This document shows, in pieces, positions 26,263 through 40,303 of a stretch of DNA of 64,000 nt (position 1 is the first letter of the stretch; the number at the start of each line of letters is the position of its first letter). A program made the position numbers and the translations under genes. Below the pieces are notes generated by a model that was given only the letters and a program-made list of their open reading frames with translations, searched no databases and had not been told where the DNA came from. The DNA is from the human T2T-CHM13v2.0 reference genome, Homo sapiens: positions 16,480,001 through 16,544,000 of the forward strand of contig CP086569.2 in NCBI GenBank assembly GCA_009914755.4, read 5' to 3'.

Positions 26263-27603
26263 TTATTATATTTCTAGCATTACATACATGTTAAAAGTTA
26301 AGCAAATTGATTACTGAGGTATACGTAGGCATCACTTTACAAGGTCAGCAACCCTGCAGGAAAAGCAAAGTTGCAATCTACATATCATTGTTACTAAGGA
26401 GGTCTTTTTTTTTTTCCAATAAAGAAGCTCAGTTCTTAGAATTTTCTGAAGGCACACAATGAAGAATGGAGGGGAAAAAGCACACACCAAACAAATATTT
26501 CACTTATTGCAGGAATCTGATTGCATCCAGGGAAATGTTTACTTAGAATATGTTAATGCAAAGTTAAAATAAAATGTTCCTTGGCAATTAAAAATGCTGT
26601 GCACTAATACATGCTTTCTAATGTGATTCAATTCAACAATGTAGTGAATGCTTACTACATTTTCAGCTTGATGTCAAGCAATGGGGAATACAAGTTCCAG
26701 TTCTGCAAAGATTCATCAACTTTCTTAGCTCAAGAGAGAGGCTGAGAAATGCAGGGAGGAATAAGACATAAAATACCTCCAACCTCCATGATCCGAGAGT
26801 GGGGAAAGGCCTGATTATAACCCATCAGGCACACTTCCTAATGCCTTTTTAGGGCCTACAAAAATGTTTTAATTTCTTTTATAATCAGAAGAAGAGAAAA
26901 TGAACATTGGGGATTGGAGATCATATTGTCATTTGGAGCAACATTGTCATAAAATGTAATGTTAATATGTTTTTATATAATATATTTTGATATTAAAATA
27001 TATTAATATATTTTGCCTTTGTGACCCACGGAAGTCTTACTGGGCCCTGGGGACAGGACCCTATCCTGGTGAAGCAGCTGCTTTGCTCTACAAACACCTG
27101 GGGCAGAAATTTGGTTTGAGAAATATTGTTCTGTCTTTACTTTTCTTTCAATCAGATTCCTTAGGAAGACCAAGCCAGTGTCAGAACAAACCTCTGAAGC
27201 AGTAAGAAGCTGGAGTGACAAGAGCATACTATGCATACTAGGATCAGCTCTGGATTGACTGAGCAAATTTAATAAAATGTCAAAACATGTCCATAAAGGT
27301 GCTGCTGGTGCGTGCATGCCCATAGGGAGCTAATATGCTCAGGAAGAAAGGTGTTGATCCCATGGAGACTTTTAAAAGCTAAAGCCTTGTTGCCTTCTCT
27401 TTAGCGCCCAGAGAATGTGGTATGTGATGCGAATGCTCAAAACCTCTTAAATCATAGCTGTCTAACCTCTGTGTAACTCACCTCTATCCCAGGCTTCATG
27501 AACAAAGATTCACCACTTGACCAAATGTTAGCCAAGCTCCTCAACCTTTTCCCAGGCCCATCTGTGCACTTCCTTGTAAAATCCAATTTTAGCAAGAAGC
27601 TTG

Positions 27604-27734
27604 TTAGAAAAACATGATCGTCTCCATGTATAAATAATTTAATTTGAAACCTTGGATTCTCAAATCCTCAGTGAAGCAAATTTTATATCCCAAACCTCGA
27701 TATAAAAGTGACTGTGTTTGCTTACATAGTAAGC
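27604..27734. repeat. Arm A of a ~130-bp inverted repeat (partner arm at 28863-28991)
   Basis: ttagaaaaacatgatcgtctccatgtataaataatttaatttgaaaccttggattctcaaatcctcagtgaagcaaattttatatcccaaacctcgatataaaagtgactgtgtttgcttacatagtaagc is ~90% identical to the reverse complement of 28863-28991. Confidence 0.75.
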
Positions 27735-28485
27735 TCCTCAGCCTCCTCTGCCCTCCAGGGGATGTGTGGTCACCTGGTCAGCCTTCTAGAATCCTGTTAG
27801 GTCAGTTCAGCTGTAATCCTGCTGGACTTTGGTGTTTCCTCTTGGTAGTTTCCATCCACTGATGGGCACCCTGCTCCCTGGCTATGAATCCCCACTTTCC
27901 CATGATGTATTAAGAGCTGAGCCCAATCTCTTCCCCCACTGTAAGCCCCCACTGCTGCAGTTGTCATGATGGTCCTGAATGAAGTCTTCCTTACTGTGTT
28001 TTAATAACTAGCACTGAATATTTTTTTCTTTAACATCATCCATGAGAACTTAAAACCTGCTGGGACGGCATAACTCTGTGGTGTCTTTAGAGCTCAGCTT
28101 TGTTTGTCCCTGAGCATTCTTGGTTTTCTGACACCGTGAACCTGTTTAATGTTGTGAGAGATCACTTGAGCCAATGTTACTTAATACCATCTCTTTGTGA
28201 CTTTGAATAAGGTAATTGTAATGTACCAATATTTTACTTTGTCAAGTATTATCTTAATGGAAGCCTTCCCAATGAAGGAAACAACAGCTTTCCCAGTTAG
28301 AACGTAAGCAGTTTAAAAACTACCCAAGTCTTTCTGAAAAGGAAACATTCCCATGTAACTATCAGTTTTCTAAGAACTTCAAGGGCCTTTCATATAGAAG
28401 ACATTCAAGTTCGGGGGTTCATTAGACAATGGTTCTACTTATTAAGTTCAAATCCTCTAAATGATTTTTCAGTAAGTTTATCTTC

Positions 28486-28788
28486 TTTTTTTTTTTTTTT
28501 TTTTTTTTGACAGAATCTCACTCTGTCACCCAGGCTGCAGTGCAATGGTGTGATCTCGGTTCACTGCAACTTCCACCTCTCTGATTCAAGAGATTCTCCC
28601 ATCTCCGCCTCCTGAGTAGCTGGGACTACAGGTGTGCACCATGACTCCATGCACACTTTTGTATTTTCAGTAGAGATAGGGTTTCATCATGTTGGCCAGG
28701 CTGGTCTCAAACTCCTGACCTCAGGTGATCTGCTCGACTCAGCCACCCAAAGTGCTGGGATTACAGACATGAGCCACAGAACCTGACC
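28486..28788 (-). mobile_element. Alu SINE (minus strand) inside the inverted-repeat spacer
   Basis: Poly(T) then gacagaatctcactctgtcacccaggctgcagtgcaatggtgtgatctcggttcactgcaac...cccaaagtgctgggattacagacatgagccacagaacctgacc. TSD-like taagtttatcttc / taagtttgtctta on the flanks. Confidence 0.9.
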
Positions 28789-28862
28789 ATGATAAGTTTG
28801 TCTTACCTGGCAAATACATCACATCTTCAAAGTAGCAAATTGTACAATTTCTTATATATATT

Positions 28863-28991
28863 TTACATAGTAAGCAAACGCAATCACTTTTATATAGTGG
28901 TTTGGGATATAAAATTTGCTTTACTGAGCATATGAGAATCCAAGGTTTCAAATTAAATTATTTATACATAGAGATGATCATGTTTTTCTAA
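28863..28991. repeat. Arm B of the inverted repeat (reverse complement of arm A)
   Basis: Reverse complement reads ttagaaaaacatgatcatctctatgtataaataatttaatttgaaaccttggattctcatatgctcagtaaagcaaattttatatcccaaaccactatataaaagtgattgcgtttgcttactatgtaa. The ORF track shows the mirrored peptides MKPWILKSSVKQILYPKP... (plus strand) and MKPWILICSVKQILYPKP... (minus strand). Confidence 0.75.
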
Positions 28992-29892
28992 AGAAAATAT
29001 TGTAAATGAGCATGTTTTTATAAATATGTGCTTTGAATTGCTAAAATTTATACAAATTTTACAATGTATACAAAAATAAATACATCAAAGTACTGTATTT
29101 ACAAAGATACACATATTTTCCAGTGGCAACGCCCCAGTGGTGATTACATTTGGAATAGAAGCTATCTCATGAATCAAATATACAGATTTATCCCAGTGAG
29201 TTCTGAGCAAGATGATATTTTCCTATTTCTCTTATAGTAATGTTGGCACCATATGAACCACTTGGGCCTGACCATAACTTTCCGTGATAATCCACTATGA
29301 TGGGGCTCCCCAGTCCCTACACCATAGACTCCTGCCAGTCTGTGGCCTGTTAGGAACTGGACCACTAAGTGGGAAATGAGCAGAGGGCAAGTGAGCAAAG
29401 CTTCACCTGTATTTACAGCTGTTCCCAATCACTCACATTACCACCTGCACTCAGCCTCCTGTCAGATGAACGACTGCATTAGATTCTCATAGGAACATGA
29501 AGCCTATTGTTACCTGCAAATATGAGGGAGCTAGGTTGTGCACTACTTATGAGAATCCAATGCCTAATAATCTGTCACTGTCTCCTATCACCCCCAGATG
29601 GGACTGACTAGATGCAGGAAAACTAGCTCAGGGCTGCCACTGATTCTACATTATGGTAAGTTGTATATTTATTTTATTATATATTACAATGTAATTACAA
29701 ATGTAATGTGCTTGAATTAACCTGAAACCATCCCTCACCCCTACCACCCCTCGTTCATGGAAAAATTGTTTTCCATGAAATCAGTCCCTGTTGCCAAAAA
29801 ATGTGGGGGCTGCTACTCTTTGGGTACTCTCTGCTTGTTGCCACTGAAAATCCAGATAAGAGATCAGAGGAAGAGGCCCTAATGAATGAATT

Positions 29893-30262
29893 GTGATATA
29901 TTACTCCATTCTCATTCTGCTAATAAAGACATACTTGAGAAATTTATAAAGGAAAGAGGTTTAATTGATCAGTTTAGCATGGCTGCAGAGGCCTCAGGAA
30001 ACTTACGATTATGGCAGAAGGAGAAGCAAACACATCCATCTTCACATGGCAGCAGGAAGGAGAAGTGCAGTGCAAAGGTGGGGAAAAGCCCACTGTAAAA
30101 CCATCACATCTCATGAAAACTCACTCACTATCATGAGAACAGCAGGGGCATATCTGCCCCCATGATTCAATTACCTCCCACCAGGCCCCTCCCACAACAT
30201 GGGGATTATGGGAACTACAATTCAAGATGAGATTTGGGTGGGAACACATCATTCTGCCCCTG
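29893..30262 (-). repeat. MaLR LTR (3' LTR of the minus-strand element)
   Basis: See parent element; antisense THE1/MST LTR motifs. Confidence 0.75.
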
Positions 30263-31847
30263 GCACCTGACAAGTGTCATGTCCTTTCATTTCAAAACAC
30301 AATCATGTCTTCCCAAAAGTCCTCCAAAGTCTTAACTAATTCCGGCATTAATTCAGAACTCCAAGTCCAAAGCCTCATATCAGACAAGACAAAGTCCTTC
30401 TGCCTATAAGCCCGTAATATTACTTTCTACATAAAATGGGGATACAGGGATTGGATAAATATACCCATTTCAAATGGGAGAAATTAGCCAAAATAAAGAG
30501 GCTACAGGCCCCATGCAAGTCCAAAATTCAGTAGGGCAGTAATTAAATCTTAAAATTCCAAAATAATCTCCTTTGACTCCATTGTCTCACATCTGGGTCA
30601 CACCAATGCAAGATATCGGCTTCCATGATATTGAGCAGCTCCACCCTTGTGACTTTGCAGGGTACAGCCCCTGTCTTGGCTGCTTTCATACACTGGTGTG
30701 GAATGTCTATGGCTTTTCCAGGTGCATGGTGCAAGCTGCTAGTGGATGTACCATTCTGAGGTCTGGAGGATGGTTGCCTCTTTTCACAGCTCTACTAGGC
30801 AGTGTTCCAATGGGGACTCTGTTTGGGGGCTCCCACCCCACATTTCCCTTATGCACGACCCTAGCAGAGGTTCTCCATGAGGGCTCTGCTACTGCATCAC
30901 ACCTCTGCCTGGATATCCAGGGCTTTTCATACATCTTCTGAAATCTAGGTGGAGGTTCTGAAACCTCAATTCTTGCATTCTATTCACCTGCAGGACTGAC
31001 ACCACATGGAGGCTTGAGACTTACACCCTCTGAAGCCATGGCCCAAGCTGTACTTTTGCTCCTTTTTACCACAGTTGAAACAGCACAAGTTGGAACAAAG
31101 CACCAAGTCCAGAGGCAGCACAAAGCAGTGGGAAAAGCATTTTTTTCCTCCTATACCTCCAGACCTGTGATGGGAAGACTACCATCAAGGTTGCTGAGAT
31201 GGCCTGGAGACATTTTCACCATTGGCTCCTCATTAATTTTGCAAATTTCATCAATGAGTTTGAATTTCTTCCCAGAAAATGGTTTTCTTTCTTTTCTACT
31301 GCATCATCAGGCTTCAAATTTTCTAAACTTTTATGCTCTGTTACTTCTCGAATACTTTGCTGCTTAGAAATTTCTTCTGCCAGATACCCTTAAATTTTCT
31401 CTCTTAATTTCAAAGTTCCAAAGATCTCTAGGGCAGGGGCAGAAAGCTGCCAGTCTCCTTGCTAAAGTACAGCAAGAGTCACCTTTACTCAAGTTCCCAA
31501 CAAATTCTTCATCTCCATCTGAGACCACCTCAGCCTGAATATTATTGTCCATATTACTATCAGCATTTTGGTCAAAGCCATTCAGCAAGTCGCTAGGAGG
31601 CTCTAAACTTTCTCACATCTTCCTGTCTTCCAAACCCTCCAATTCTCTAGGCAGTTCCAAAGTTTCCCACATCTTCTTGTTTCCTTAGCCCTCCAAGTCT
31701 CTAGGAAGTTCCAAGGCTATCCCACATTTTTCTGTCTTCTTCTGAGCCCTGAAAACTGTTCCAACCTCTGCTTCTTACCCACTTCCAAAGTCACTTCCAT
31801 ATTTTTGGGTACCTTTACAGCAGCACCCCACTACCAGCTACTAATTT

Positions 31848-32219
31848 ATTGTATTATTCAGTTCTCATGCTGATAATAAAGACATACCCAAGACAGGGTA
31901 ATTTATAAAGGAAAGAAGTTTAATAGACTCACAGTTCCTTAAGGATGGGGAGGCTTCAGGAATCTTATGATCATGGCAGAATGGGAAGCAAACATGTCCT
32001 TCACATGGCAGCAACAAGGAGAAGTGCAGAGCAAAGGTAGGACAAAGCACCTTATAAAAACATAGATCTTGTGAGAACTCACTATAATGTGAGCAACGTG
32101 GAGATAAACACTCTCATAATTCAATTATTCCCACTGGGTCTCTTTCATGACATGTGGGAATTATGGGGACTACAATTCAATATGAGATTTGGATGGGGAC
32201 ACAGCAAAAACATATCACC
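31848..32219 (-). repeat. MaLR LTR (5' LTR of the minus-strand element)
   Basis: ttattgtattattcagttctcatgctgataataaagacatacccaagacagggtaatttataaaggaaagaagtttaatagactcacagttcc...ggacacagcaaaaacatatca (antisense MaLR LTR). Confidence 0.75.
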
Positions 32220-32871
32220 ATAAGAGGGCATAAGACAGCCTGGTTCCCTGTGTCACCACCAGGAGCAGCTCCAGAGAGTTGCCTGCTCAACAGGTGGCTG
32301 TAACCTGAATGAGAACTAAACTGTTTTTAAATATGAGGAACTGAGATTTGGAGGTTGTTAAGTATAACATCAGCAGGAGATAATTACCTTGACTAATACA
32401 AGAGGTCAGCCATACTAGATAAACCTAACATTTTATGATAATTCTTTGGATTTCAAAAAGATGCTTTGATTTACTGGTACTCTTTAAATGGAAGTTATGT
32501 GCATTATCTTTAAAGGCTATCAGCTATGTGAAAGTGATAATTGAATAAAATTAAAGATAAAAATATAGTGGAGTCTACTACCAATTGACCATGGCCCTGA
32601 ATTGATTGTAAGTGATTCTGCTATTCCAGTATAAATGAGCGGAGAGGCAGAGTTGATTAATTTCCACAACAAATGTAATTATTACTTAAATGTTGAGGTT
32701 CTTTTTGAAACATTTCATTTTGCTTCACTGGATTCTATGAGAATAATAGATTTCAAAATATATTACACTTATTGGGGAATGATGTTATTTTTAGTGGCAG
32801 TTGCAACTTTAAAATTTTTCAATGAATATATATATTACATATTTCATAGTATTATAAATACATACATTTTT

Positions 32872-33196
<325 letters not shown>

Positions 33197-35513
33197 GTGG
33201 ATATATTTTTTGTAATGTATTATTGAATTCCCTATAAACTTTGTCACGTTGAAATACTTTTTAAAATACTTCCCGTGCCTACATAGTAGTTCAGTAAATG
33301 CAATATTTTAGTTTCGTTAATGACATCTTGGTCTTAGGAAAAGATGAAACAATGACATAATATTTTAAGCCAAGCTATTTCTGCAATCTTTGAAATAATA
33401 CCATTGAACTTGTGTTTAATATTTCCAATTAGTTCATGTGATTCTTGCATTTTGTGCTTTTTCTTCATGTGAATTAATAATTCCAATAATTAATTGGAAT
33501 TATTTCCAATTAATTTATGTGATTCTTGCATTTTCTTTCAAAGTCAGATGGTTAACTATGTCATTAATGCAAAGTGTAGGCTCTGTGTTGAAATCTGAAG
33601 ACACTCTGCAGCAAGGTTTGCACATACTCTTGTCTACTGCCTCAGGCTGATGTGTGTGAAAGTCAGAAGTTCTATAGGAAGAAGCTGGAAAAATTCAAAG
33701 CTTGAAATAATTCAGGAAAGGGCACTGGTGGCATTTTATCTACAAGGGCAGTGCATCTGGTCTGTAACTGCTAAGAGAAAGCCGGATCAAACAGTCCATC
33801 CATTAGAGCTTGTATCAAGGTGAGCTGTTCACATTGTTACATCAGGGGCAGAGACAAAGAGAGCTCTGTAGCATATCCCATTGCACTGAAGGGGAGTAGA
33901 GGGCAGCATCTTGGGGCCACATGCAGGTGCTACAGGTGGGGATGTGGGATGGTGTTTGGTAAGTTACATGGATCCCAGACATGATTCTAAGTGCTTTAAT
34001 ATATACATCTATTTAATCTTCACTGCACATCTGCCAGATAGCTGTTATTATTTTCCTGTTACACATGAGGACCCAGGCAAAAAACTACATAAATTGCTTT
34101 ATGGTTTGATTTATGGAATGATCTTTTGGTTAATATCAAAAGAAATGGATAGATTCATGACCTTCATATATGACTGTGAATGCTATGTACTGCACAACTC
34201 CAGAGGCAGCATTAACATAATCCACAGTGGGAAGAACATTTTCTAAATTTGTGCAGTGCACAACCTGTGTCACCATATGTATCAATATCCATTAGATAAT
34301 CTTGTTGCAAAAATAGATGCCTATGTAAGTTGGACACAACTGACTACCATAGTTTGTATAGCAAAGGACACAGGAGTATGCTGTGTAAAACCCATGGATA
34401 AGTCTGTGAGTTAGTATATCAACATAAGACATTCTGAGTGGAAAAAGCAATCCAAGTGTACTGCTCATTAAAATAGAGCTCATATTAACAAAGAGTTGAT
34501 ATATTACATTAAGAAAAAATGCACAAGATTTTGTTGGTTTACTTTTCTCTGGGCATTACCATGCTGTCTGCTAAAGATTTCCAGCTCACTCTGCTGCTCA
34601 GGCACATGATAGGGCTGAACTCTGGCCTTTAGTGAACAGTAAGGAGAGATGTCACAGTCTATTTCAGAGCTACGACATCTGTTGCCAGCACTTTCTTAAA
34701 ATCCCACACAGAGGCTGGTCCCTCAGGGTGGTCTCTGAATTAAGATGACACCAAACAGAGTTCCAGATAACTCAAGAGGAATACACAGTGTGAGCAAGAA
34801 AGAAAGCTTTGTTTCTGAAGCCACTGAAACTTGGATATTGTCCATGTAGTCTAGATACATTCATCCTGAGCAACTTAGGTTACCATCCTGTTTCTGCAAA
34901 GGAATGAGTTTCGTTTTGCAAAATATTTCATTTCCTATTTTTATCCCTTAGGGAGTTTATAGCTAAGGAATGCTGGGATATTTTGGACCATGAAATATCT
35001 GAGGCTTAAACTGACTTAGAAAGATAATTTAGACAGAAGAAAGGAAAAATGAGGATGGCTTCCAGCCAGGTAAAAACAAAACCAAATGAAACTAATGTTG
35101 AGATTCACTGTATCTTCAAAAGTATACACATTTACTAACTTTTACAGAGTGAATATTAGGGAAGTTGATGGCACTTCATTTGGTAACATATTAAGCCACA
35201 TGAAAATTTAATGATTGTACAACTTCAAATCCCTTTGTTTTAACAAGTATAGCAAGACCTGCCTTTTAATGTCACTTATGTGTTTAAAATGTTTAATCCT
35301 ACTTAATTGTATGTTAATTATTTGACAATTCTTTTAAAGTAAAAAGACTACCTAGTAGTAACAATAATATTCATGTGCATGCTACTTATTAGTGCTTTGA
35401 ATACAACTAAATGGTCTTTTGACCCTTTCTTGTTTAAATTGTTTGCCTTTTTTAATCTCAATCATGCTAAGTGAATTCTGCTGTTTAAAAATTATATAGT
35501 GCTATTATCTTTC

Positions 35514-35768
35514 TTTTTTTATTATATTTTAAGTTTTAGTGTACATGTGCACAATGTGCAGGTTAGTTATGTATGTATACATGTGCCATGTTATTGTGCT
35601 GCACCCATTAGCTCATCATTTAACATTAGGTATATCTCCTAATGCTATCCCTCCCCCCTCCCCCCACCCCACAACAGGCCTCAGTGTGTGATGCTCCCCT
35701 TCCTGTGTCCATGTGTTCTCATTCTTCAATTCCTACCTATGAGTGAGAACATGCGGTGTTTGTTTTTT
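35514..35768 (-). mobile_element. Short 5'-truncated L1 3' end (~255 bp) with 18-bp TSD
   Basis: tttttttattatattttaagttttagtgtacatgtgcacaatgtgcaggttagttatgtatgtatacatgtgccatgttattgtgctgcacccattagctcatcatttaacattaggtatatctcctaatgctatccc...gagtgagaacatgcggtgtttg. TSD atagtgctattatctttc (35496-35513) / atagtgctattatttttc (35770-35787). Confidence 0.85.
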
Positions 35769-38700
35769 TATAGTGCTATTATTTTTCAAGACAATGTTTT
35801 AAGGGTAATTTATGTAAGCAAAAATATTTAAAATTGTATTGTATTATTCCATCACACCAAGACAATGTTAAAGCATTTCCAGGGCTATAATGGTTTCTTT
35901 CATGTAGAGTTCATTAAATTCAACAATGATGACCCTTAGAAGAGAGCTACCAACCCCAAATGAGACAAGGACTTCGGTGTAAATATGGGAGAAGGGAATG
36001 GCAAGGCAAGAGAAAGGTGAGTAGGAGACATAGAGGCAAACCTTAGTTATCCCATGTCTGTTTACGGTGCAGTTTTCTTAAAGGTGTGAAATAGAGGGCG
36101 AGAGAACCAACATGCTATCAGTCTCAGGGTGACAGTTACCCTGTAATAGTCTATCTTCAATTATCTTAGATAGTGCTTGAATGATTCCATTCTAATGACT
36201 ATTTAATCTCCAGGGCAGAGAAAAGAACCAGAATTTCATATCCTCACCCCTCACTGTCTTGTATGTCTAAAATATGCAGCGGTCTAATGTCACCTAATCA
36301 CTTACCATGGCATGAAAAAATACATATTTCTCTGCAGAAGATCATTTCAGTGCTTCCCTGCTCCACAGAAGCTTTCTAAGAATAAGATAAATCCCTTTTG
36401 GAGATGCAGACATTTATTCTAGGAAATGACAGTGCTCTTGAATTATCTTTCAATGGGATCTGGCAAGAGAAAGGTGAGTAGGAGACATAGAGGCAAGACA
36501 TAGCTGTCCCTAAAAGCTAAATGGCTTGATTTCCTTTCTAGAATTTAATGGCAATGACAAATCTATTTTTTGCTTCAGCCCAGGCAGCTATGTTAATGGG
36601 TACTCTGTGAGTGACAAAGACACTTAGCACTACCCATCCATTTTCAAACCTTTAGTAAGCAGCCTGGAGTTAGATCTGTCCACTTTCCTTCTGTTGTACA
36701 TCAAGACTAACCTCAATGGCTAAGCTTCCAATCTCACCCTTTTGCATTATAACTGTAGAAAAATGCATACAATGGAAGAAAAAAGATTACACTCTGTGAA
36801 TTCACATTGCCCTACATCTCCAACTTTGACGATTAAGATTCAACACAAAATAATTCAGTTCTGGGGGATCTGGCAAGATGGACAAATAGGAACAGCTCCA
36901 GTCTGCAGCTCCCAGTGAGATCAATGAAGAAGGTGGGTTATTTCCACAATTCCAACTGAGGTACTTGGTTCATCTCACTGGGACTGGTTACACAGTGGAT
37001 GCAGCCCATGGAGGGTGAGCAGAAGCAGGATGGGGTGTCGCCTCTCCCAGGAAGTGCAAGGAGTGTGGGGAACTCCCTTTCCCAGCAATGGGAAGCCATG
37101 AGGGACTGTGCTATCCAGCCCAGATTCTAAGCTTTTCCCATGGTTTTTACAACCAGAAGATCACGAGAGTCCCTCGTGTGCCTACATCACCAGGGCCCTT
37201 GGTTTGAAGAACGAAACTAGGTGCGTTTGGACGCACACCAAGCTAGCTACAGGAGTTTTTTTCCATACACCAGTGGCATCTGCAACCCCAGCAAGACAGA
37301 ACAATTCACTCCACTGGAAAGAGGACTGAAACCGAAGAACCAAGTGGTCTTGTTCAGCAGATCCCACTCCCACAGAGCCCAGCAAGCTAAGAACCACTGG
37401 CTTGAAATTCTTGCTACTGGGGGTGGAGCCAAGATGGCCAAACAGGAACAGCTCCAGTCTACAGCTCCTAGCATGAGTTATGCAGAAGACAAGCAATTTC
37501 TGCATTTCCAACTGAGGTAATGGGCTCATCTCACTGGGGAGTGACGGACACAGTGGGTGCATCACACTGTGTGTGAGCCAAAGCAAGGCAAGGCATTGCC
37601 TCCCTGGGAAGTGCAAGGGATCAGGGAATTCCCTTTCCTGGCCAAAGAAAGGGGTGAGAGAAGGCACATGGGAAATCAATTCACTCCCACCCTAATATGG
37701 CCCTTTTCCAATGGTCTCAGCACATGGCACACCAGGAGATTATATCCCACACATGGCTTGGAGCATCCTACACCCATGGAGCCTCACTCATTGCTACCAC
37801 AGCAGTCTGAGATCAAACTGCAAGGCTGCAGCGAGTCTGAAGAAGGGGCGCCCACCATTACTGAGGCTTGAGTAGGTAAAGCAGCTGGGAAGCTCAAACT
37901 GGGTGGAGCCCACTGCAGCTCAAGGAGGCCTGCCTGCCTCTGTAAACTCCACCTCTGGGGGCAGGGCATAGCCAAACAAAAGGCAGCAGAAACCTCTGCA
38001 GACATAATTGTCCCTATCTGACAGCTTTGAAGAGAGTGGTGGTTCTTCCAGCCTGCAGCTGGAGATCTGAGAACAGACAGACTGCCTCCTCAAGTGGGAC
38101 TCTGACCCTAAGTAGTCTAACTGGGAGGTACCCCCCAGTAGGGGCAGACTGACACCTCACACGGCCGTGTACTCCTCTGAGACAAAACTTCCAGAGGAAT
38201 GATTAGGCAGCAACATTTGCTGTTCACCAATATCCACTGTTCTGCAGCCTCCACTGCTGATACCCAGGCAAACAGGGTCTGGAGTGGACCTCCAGCAAAT
38301 TCCAACAGACCTGCAGCTGAGGGTCCTGACTGTTAGAAGGAAAACTAACAAACAGAAAGGACGTCCACACCAAACTCCCATCTGTACATCACCATCATCA
38401 AAGAAAAAAGGTACATAAAACCACAAAGATCGGGAAAAAACAGAGCAGAAAAACGAAAACTCTAAAAATCAGAGCACCTCTCCCCCTCCAAAGGAACGCA
38501 GTTCCTCACCAGCAATGCAACAAAGCTGGATGGAGAATGACTTTGATGAGTTGAGAGAAGAAGGCTTCAGATGATCAAACTACTCCGAGCTAAAGGACGA
38601 AGTTCAAACCCATGGCAAATAAGTTAAAAACATTGAAAAAAAATTACATGAATGGCTAACTAGAATAATCAATGCAGTGAAGTCCTTTTAAAGGACCTGA

Positions 38701-40303
38701 TGGAGCTGAAAATCAGGGCACAAGAACTACGTTACGATTGCACAAGCCTCAGTAGCCAATTCAATCAAATGGAAGAAAGGGTATCAGTGATGGAAGATCA
38801 AATGAATGAAATAAAGCAGGAAGAGAAGTTTACAGAAAAAAATAAAAAGAAATGAACAAAGCCTCCAAGAAATATGGGACATGTGAAAAGACCAAATCTA
38901 CATCTGATTGGTGTACCTGAAAGTGATGAGGAGAATGGAATCAAGTTGGAAAACACTCTGCAGGATATTATCCAGGAGAACTTCCCCAACCTAGCAAGGC
39001 AGGCCAACATTCAAATTCAGGAAATACAGGGAACACCACAAAGATACTCCTCAAGAAGAGCAACTCCAAGACACATAATCGTCAGATTCACCAAAGTGGA
39101 AATGAAGGAAAAAATGTTAAGAGCCGCCAGAGAGAAAGGTCTGGTTACCCACAAAGGGAAGCCCATCAGACTAACAGCTGATCTCCTGGCAGAAACTCTG
39201 CAAGCCAGAGAGAGTGGGGGCCAATATTCAACATTCTTAAAGAAAATAATTTTCAACCCAGAATTTCATATCCATCCAAATTAAGCTTCATAAGTGAAGG
39301 AGAAATAAAATACTTTACAGACAAGCAAATGCTGAGAGATTTTGTCACCACCAGGCCTGACCTAAAAGAGCTCCTGAAGGAAGCACTAAACATGGAAAGG
39401 AACAACTGGTTAACACCCACTGCAAAAACATGCCCAATTGTAAATACCGTCGAGGCTAGGAAGAAACTGCATCAACTAATGAGCAAAATAACCAGCTAAC
39501 ATCATAATGACAGGATCAAATTCATACATAACAATATTAACCTTAAATATAAATGGGCTAAGTGCTCCAAATAAAAGACTCAGACTAGCAAATTGGATAA
39601 AGAGTCAAGATCCATCAGTGTGCTGTATTTAGGAAACCCATCTCACCTGCAGAGACACACATAGGCTCAAAATAAAGGGATGGAGGAAGATCTACCAAGC
39701 AAATGGAAAACAAAAAAAGGCAAGGGTTGCAATCCTAGTCTCTGATAAAACAGGCTTTAAACCAACAAAGATCAAAAGAGACAAAGGAGGCCCTTACATA
39801 ATGGTAAAGGCATCAAATCAATACAAGAAAAAGAGCTAACTACCCTAAATATATATGCACCCAATACAGGAGCACTCAGATTCATAAAGCAAGTCCTTAG
39901 AGACCTACAAATACACTTAGTCTCCACAATAATAATGGGAGACTTTAACACCCCACTGTCAACATTAGACAGATCAATGAGACAGAAAGTTAACAAGGAT
40001 ATCCAGGAACTGAACTCAGCTCTGCACCAAGTAGACCTAATAGACATCTACAGAACTGTCCACCCCAAATCAACAGAATATACATTCTTTTCAACACTAC
40101 ACCACACCTATTCCAAAGTTGACCACATAGTTGGAAGTAAAGCACTCCTTAGCAAATTTAAAAGAACAGAAATTATAACAAACTGTCTCTGAGACCACAG
40201 TGCAATCAAACTAGAACTCAGGATTAAGAAACTCACTCAAAAGCACTGAACTACATGGAAACTGATCAACCTGCTCCTGAATGACTATTGGGTACATAAT
40301 GAA

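Larger units (their letters stand above)
29893..32219 (-). mobile_element. Full-length ERVL-MaLR element (THE1/MST-type), LTR-internal-LTR, minus orientation
   Basis: Antisense LTRs at 29893-30262 and 31848-32219 both read ...tcattctgctaataaagacatac..gag(a)..atttataaaggaaag.ggtttaat...catgattcaattacctcccac... (reverse complement of MaLR LTR hallmarks). The internal region 30263-31847 carries a gag-like remnant peptide on the minus strand (LNGFDQNADSNMDNNIQAEVVSDGDEEFVGNLSK), paralogous to the one in the 54304-56622 element. Confidence 0.8.

Noticed and set aside
33423-33534. Pair of ~31-bp direct repeats (ttccaatta.tt.atgtgattcttgcatttt) 80 bp apart
   Set aside because: Short, AT-rich local duplication without flanking structure; too small to interpret.
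37182-37679. 165-aa minus-strand ORF antisense to L1 5'UTR sequence (position reminiscent of primate L1 ORF0)
   Set aside because: The ORF spans the junction between host-L1 5'UTR and nested-L1 5'UTR, so it is an artefact of the nesting. I did not recognise any known ORF0 peptide in it.
36863-37960. Apparent tandem duplication of the L1 5'UTR head (two gg..caagatgg.caaa.aggaacagctccagtct starts at 36863 and 37416)
   Set aside because: Re-examination shows the first copy is the 5' end of an older host L1 whose 5'UTR continues at 43568. The second copy is the true start of a nested full-length L1. It is not a duplication within a single element.
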